Below are positions 60,036 to 64,000 of a DNA stretch of 64,000 nt, one piece after another. A model generated the notes under the pieces. It saw only the letters and a program-made list of their open reading frames with translations, was not told where the DNA came from and did no database searches. The stretch is from contig CAXXFF010000004.1 in NCBI GenBank assembly GCA_963676835.2, forward strand, positions 160,001-224,000, read 5' to 3'. Position numbers and translations under genes: made by a program. The stretch is from Marispirochaeta sp. GTDB lineage: Bacteria; Spirochaetota; Spirochaetia; JC444; Marispirochaetaceae. How positions within the stretch are numbered: the stretch's first letter is position 1; every line of letters starts with the position of its first letter.

Positions 60036-61133
60036 TTAAAGGGAAGCCTTCAGCGTTTCCAATAATTCCACATTTATATAAATCTTTTCCCGTCCAATTT
60101 TATACTCTCTCAAAATACCTATATCCTGTAGTTGACTTAAGTACCTTGAGGCAGCTTTTCTTTCAACACCTAAAACTTTTGTCAGAAATTCTATTTTGCA
60201 ATAAGGATGCACGAATAACTCTTCTATAAGTTCTTTTGAATATATTTTCGGTAGTTCGGTTCTTACTTTTTCTATTGTTCTATCCAATATTTCCTTTATT
60301 TCTGTGACTTTATTTATTGTTTCTCTTGAAACGATTTCTATTCCTTTAAGAATAAAAATTATCCAGTCTTCCCAATTCTCATCAACAGTAACACTTCGGA
60401 GTAAACTATAATATTCTGCCTTATTTTTTATAATGTATGAGCTCAGGTACAAAATCGGAATATCAAGATAATCCTTCAATATTAAATATAAAATATTGAT
60501 AATCCGTCCAGTTCTTCCATTCCCATCATAAAATGGATGAATTGACTCAAACTGGTAGTGAATTACCGCCATTTTAGCCAACGAATCATCTGCACTATTT
60601 AAATATTCCACGACATTGCCAAAAAGTTTATTTATTATTTCTTCACCTTGAGGCGGCGTATATACGACCTCCCCTGTTCCATCGTTTACAAGTGCAGTTC
60701 CTGGAGTTTTTCTTATACCTGCATCGTTTTTCAGCAATTCAATCTGTATTCCAATAATGTCATTAACAGAGAGAAAGCCTTTTTCAACAATTTTTTTGTA
60801 ACCCGAATATAGCGCTTCTCTATAAAAAATTACTTCTTTAGTTGCTGAATCATATTTTTTCGTATTTCCACTTATTGCTTTATAGAGTTCGTCTTGTGTT
60901 GTAATAATGTTTTCTATTTCAGAACTGTCTTTTGCTTCCTGTAAAATTATTGCATTAATCAAAATTGATTGATTAGGGATTATATTAGCAATTCCTTTCA
61001 ACTCTGCAATTGCAGATCGAGCCTTGTTCTCCTGTTTTAATACGTTTATTGTTTCGATTTTGCTTTTCACAGGAGGAAGGGGAGCAAGCGCATTGTATGG
61101 TTTATTCGGGAGAAAATTATTCATACGTACCAT
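60036..61133 (-). CDS. Fic family protein (Fic_N + Fic + C-terminal HTH; AMPylase)
   Basis: HPFYDGNGRTGR catalytic motif; SSEIEN inhibitory motif. Confidence 0.95.
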   Translation of the reverse strand: MVRMNNFLPNKPYNALAPLPPVKSKIETINVLKQENKARSAIAELKGIANIIPNQSILINAIILQEAKDSSEIENIITTQDELYKAISGNTKKYDSATKEVIFYREALYSGYKKIVEKGFLSVNDIIGIQIELLKNDAGIRKTPGTALVNDGTGEVVYTPPQGEEIINKLFGNVVEYLNSADDSLAKMAVIHYQFESIHPFYDGNGRTGRIINILYLILKDYLDIPILYLSSYIIKNKAEYYSLLRSVTVDENWEDWIIFILKGIEIVSRETINKVTEIKEILDRTIEKVRTELPKIYSKELIEELFVHPYCKIEFLTKVLGVERKAASRYLSQLQDIGILREYKIGREKIYINVELLETLKASL

Positions 61134-61321
61134 TATTACACATTTTGGTACACGTCACAACGATATATCCCTTTTTCTGCATTTTTGGTTCTTGTTAGGA
61201 TTCTTTGTACCTGTTTATAGAAAATTGTCTTGTATCCATTTAACGTTTATTTAGTGTTCCAAAGCCTGCTGACAGCTGTTACTGTTTACCTGCAGATTAT
61301 TTCTACCCCGCCGCAGCACTG

Positions 61322-61345
61322 TGGCAGAAACAGGAATCAGGCACT
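61322..61345 (+). repeat. 24-bp direct repeat, right copy (contains the LacI stop codon)
   Basis: Identical to 59938-59961. Confidence 0.9.
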
Positions 61346-62326
61346 CCCGCGGACAATAAGACTCGGCTGTAGAGAGATATCCCTTGGGGCATCCACCCCT
61401 TTAAGCACATCCATAAGCAACCTGGCGAGTCCAAGCCCAACGGATTCCATTTTATTATCGATAACCGTTACCTGGGGAACCGAAACTTCACAGTAGGTTG
61501 AATTATTAAAACCGATTACGGCAACATCTTCGGGGACTCTTCTTCCCGTATTCTGCAGCTGCTGGATAACCCCTACAGCAGTAATATCATCACAGCCAAG
61601 AAAGGCCTGGCACGGTATACCAGAGGCAAACACCTCGTCTACAGCCTGGCGTCCCCCTTCAAGGCCCCTGCTCAAAGATACAACCCTGTTATTAGAATAG
61701 GGAAGCCCCAATGCAAGCAGCCGTTCTCTGAAGACTTTCTGCTTCTCCTGGGCAACCCAGGTATCATACTCTTTCAGAAATATCATATCCCGGATACCTT
61801 TTTCATACAGATACTGGATGGACAGCTCCATTCCCAGAGTCTCGTTGCTGAAGATAGAGTAGATATTATCCCGCTGGATTTTTCCATTGTGCATTACCAC
61901 CGGAGTTTTCGGCAGATATTTATCAATACTGGCTTCTATCAGGGGCGAAGAAAAAACGGAACCGACCATAATAACGCCGTCTACCTGCTTTTCCGCCAGA
62001 ACACGGATATACTTTTCCTGTTCTGAATGGTCATCACCGGTGTTACAGAGAATAACATTGTAGCCTTTTTTACTGAGAGACTGTTCAATAACATAAGCGA
62101 TATTTGCATAGTGTATATGCCGTATATCCTGAGCAAGGACACCTATGGTTTTGGTTGATTTTACAACCAGGCTCTTGGCAATGGCGCTGGGCACATAATT
62201 GCTTTCCTCGAGCACCGCCATAACCCGGTCCCGCTTTTCCTGAGTAACATTGGGGTGATTGTTTATTACCCGCGAAACAGTGGAGATAGAAACCCCCGCC
62301 TGGTTCGCGATATCGTATATATTCAA
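61337..62326 (-). CDS. LacI family regulator
   Basis: IYDIANQAGVSISTVSRVIN HTH; VPEDVAVIGFN; TTG start. Confidence 0.95.
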   Translation of the reverse strand: MNIYDIANQAGVSISTVSRVINNHPNVTQEKRDRVMAVLEESNYVPSAIAKSLVVKSTKTIGVLAQDIRHIHYANIAYVIEQSLSKKGYNVILCNTGDDHSEQEKYIRVLAEKQVDGVIMVGSVFSSPLIEASIDKYLPKTPVVMHNGKIQRDNIYSIFSNETLGMELSIQYLYEKGIRDMIFLKEYDTWVAQEKQKVFRERLLALGLPYSNNRVVSLSRGLEGGRQAVDEVFASGIPCQAFLGCDDITAVGVIQQLQNTGRRVPEDVAVIGFNNSTYCEVSVPQVTVIDNKMESVGLGLARLLMDVLKGVDAPRDISLQPSLIVRGSA

Positions 62327-62369
62327 CTGCAGGTCCTTGTATTATCCGCTATTTTGACGCCCAATTATT

Positions 62370-62837
62370 CTATACGAGAAGAGTACTGTCAATTTTTATT
62401 ACTATTTTTTTAATTTTCTTCTCACCCTTTTGCGAACACCCCGGCCGGTGAACCTCTCCGGGGAAAAACAGTGCAAAATCACCTTTTGCCAGCGGGATTT
62501 CTATCTCACCATTAACCGTATCAAAGAAACATATATCCCGTTCGGGAGAAAGGTCTTCTGTAACTGTAAGCCCAGCCGAATCGGGCCTGCAATAGACCGT
62601 TTCCAATCCTTCAAGCGACAGATGCAGGTCTATCATATTCCTGTGCATTTCGCCCCGGGTATTCTCATATGCCGAGGTGGTCATGTCGATAACCTGAACC
62701 TGAAAGTCTGTATCGGGAGAATGGACACCGTAATCAAGGGTTGAAAAATCGGTATCTGCAGCAAAGCGGACAGCCTTCTGAATTAGAGGATGCAGACCTT
62801 TTATCCCGTTCCTCTCATTTATATTTCCGTAAATCAT
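62370..62837 (-). CDS. YhcH/YjgK/YiaL family protein
   Basis: E.HR..IDLH...G.E, FALFFPGEVHRP, IKKIVIKI. Confidence 0.92.
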   Translation of the reverse strand: MIYGNINERNGIKGLHPLIQKAVRFAADTDFSTLDYGVHSPDTDFQVQVIDMTTSAYENTRGEMHRNMIDLHLSLEGLETVYCRPDSAGLTVTEDLSPERDICFFDTVNGEIEIPLAKGDFALFFPGEVHRPGCSQKGEKKIKKIVIKIDSTLLV

Positions 62838-62871
62838 CCTACACCCCTCCCGGTTCAACGGTTAAAATGAA

Positions 62872-62894
62872 GAGAGGGAGCATAGCTCCCTCTC
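62872..62894 (-). terminator. Hairpin after dctP (terminator or mRNA stabiliser)
   Basis: GAGAGGGAGC-ATA-GCTCCCTCTC. Confidence 0.6.
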
Positions 62895-62922
62895 GATTTT
62901 GTTTCGCGTGCCGAATAAGTTA

Positions 62923-63918
62923 TCAGCGGGCGTCCAGAACTGCCTGAATCAGACCGTTCTTGTATTCCGCTTCGTATTCGTCCCACAGAGAGCTGGTTGC
63001 ATCACGGAAAGCCTGAAGATTGGCAACGTCATTAAACTCAACACCTTCGGCTTTGAGCTTAACAACGGTTTCATCAGAACTCTTGCCCCAGATTTCACGC
63101 TCGTAGTTAACAGCTTTGGTTGCCTCTTCCTTGATGATGGTTTTGTATTCATCGGGAAGTTTTGCCCAGGTTTTGGAAGAGATGGTGAAAAGGTCGGGAG
63201 TCATAAAATGACGGGTCCAGGAAACATACTTGGTTACTTCATACAGCTTGAGGGTGTAAAGAGTAATGGGGCTGTTTTCCCAGCCGTCGAGAACATTCTG
63301 CTCAAGAGCAGAATATACATCGGCCTGGCTCATGGGAGTAGCGATAGCGCCCATGCGGTTAACACCTTCCAGGGTAATATTTGTGGGGATAGTCCGAATT
63401 TTAAGACCCTTAAGATCTGCAGGGCTGTTTACGGGACGAACATTGTTCATGAGGCTTCTTGATCCGCCATAGAAATATCCAAGGGGCTCAAAGCCTTTTT
63501 TCCGCAAAGCTTCTGCAAGCACATCTCCAGCCTTGCCGTTGAGGGCGTTGTAGAGGTGATCTTCGCTCTGGAAAAGGAAAGCCAGGGCAAGAACGTTCAT
63601 TTCGGGAACATAGTTTGCAAAAGCGCCGGCAAACTGGTTACACATATCAATGGTTCCAAGCTGTACGCCTTCTACCATTTCCGTGTTACCGCCAAGCTGG
63701 CTGTTGGGAAAAAGCTCAACAGTTACATTGCCGTTTGTTCTGGCTTTTACACCTTCGGCAAACTTCTGCAGACCCTGATTCATGGGATGTTCCATGGGCA
63801 GGGTGTTGGTCACCTTCAGGCTGAAAGTTTTAGCACCATCAGCTGATTCCTGTGAACCGTTGGCAAATACCATTGTGCCGACACAGAGAATTAAGAGAAT
63901 TCCAATAATTTTCTTCAT
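62923..63918 (-). CDS. dctP: TRAP substrate-binding protein
   Basis: FPNSQLG, DLKGLKIRT, DVYSALEQNVLDGWEN. Confidence 0.94.
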   Translation of the reverse strand: MKKIIGILLILCVGTMVFANGSQESADGAKTFSLKVTNTLPMEHPMNQGLQKFAEGVKARTNGNVTVELFPNSQLGGNTEMVEGVQLGTIDMCNQFAGAFANYVPEMNVLALAFLFQSEDHLYNALNGKAGDVLAEALRKKGFEPLGYFYGGSRSLMNNVRPVNSPADLKGLKIRTIPTNITLEGVNRMGAIATPMSQADVYSALEQNVLDGWENSPITLYTLKLYEVTKYVSWTRHFMTPDLFTISSKTWAKLPDEYKTIIKEEATKAVNYEREIWGKSSDETVVKLKAEGVEFNDVANLQAFRDATSSLWDEYEAEYKNGLIQAVLDAR

Positions 63919-63934
63919 ACTACCTCCAAAGAAA

Positions 63935-64000
63935 TTATTTGATATATCCAGTTAATTCGGGGATCCAGAGTGATATGGCCGGAAGGAATGTGGTAAGTAA
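63935..64000 (-). CDS. Partial: C-terminus of a probable TRAP large permease
   Basis: Minus-strand translation LLTTFLPAISLWIPELTGYIK* resembles a DctM C-terminus and lies upstream of dctP. Confidence 0.55.
   Translation of the reverse strand, partial: LLTTFLPAISLWIPELTGYIK

Larger units (their letters stand above)
59938..61345. mobile_element. Putative integrase-less islet carrying fic
   Basis: Perfect 24-bp flanking DR, inner 14/15-bp DR, abrupt AT-rich composition. Confidence 0.6.

Noticed and set aside
59962..60180. Canonical integron attC or complete dif site after fic
   Set aside because: No RYYYAAC...GTTRRRY hairpin, no XerC arm and no integrase; only the core resemblance was kept as a finding

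Overview
64 kb of chromosome from an anaerobic, free-living spirochaete-like bacterium. This is inferred from the 'FAGGQGE'-type signal peptides, the hcp/fhs/TRAP content and the lipoprotein style; the taxon was not confirmed by a search. The window holds about 60 mostly housekeeping, stress, transport and signalling genes (rph, pfkA, hcp/hcpR, fhs, ldhA, ttcA, hslO, gpgS, TRAP and SSS transporters, four sensor kinases, one GGDEF and two HD-GYP proteins) plus tRNA-Arg(CCT). I found no CRISPR array, rRNA, transposase or integrase. The most unusual observations are: (1) an AT-rich Fic gene nested in two pairs of direct repeats (a perfect 24-bp pair and a 14/15-bp pair) with no recombinase; (2) a multi-hairpin element that appears to split a second copy of the tRNA 3' end; (3) an M20 peptidase homolog lacking catalytic residues whose gene overlaps glucosyl-3-phosphoglycerate synthase; (4) leaderless-type promoter architecture at about 14 genes; (5) a tandemly duplicated symporter operon whose copies have different promoters. 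There are also several variant proteins (Zn-free DksA, M50B without HExxH, a pseudo-receiver kinase), an omptin, and candidate HcpR, PerR, sigma54 and TetR sites. All calls come from reading motifs by eye.
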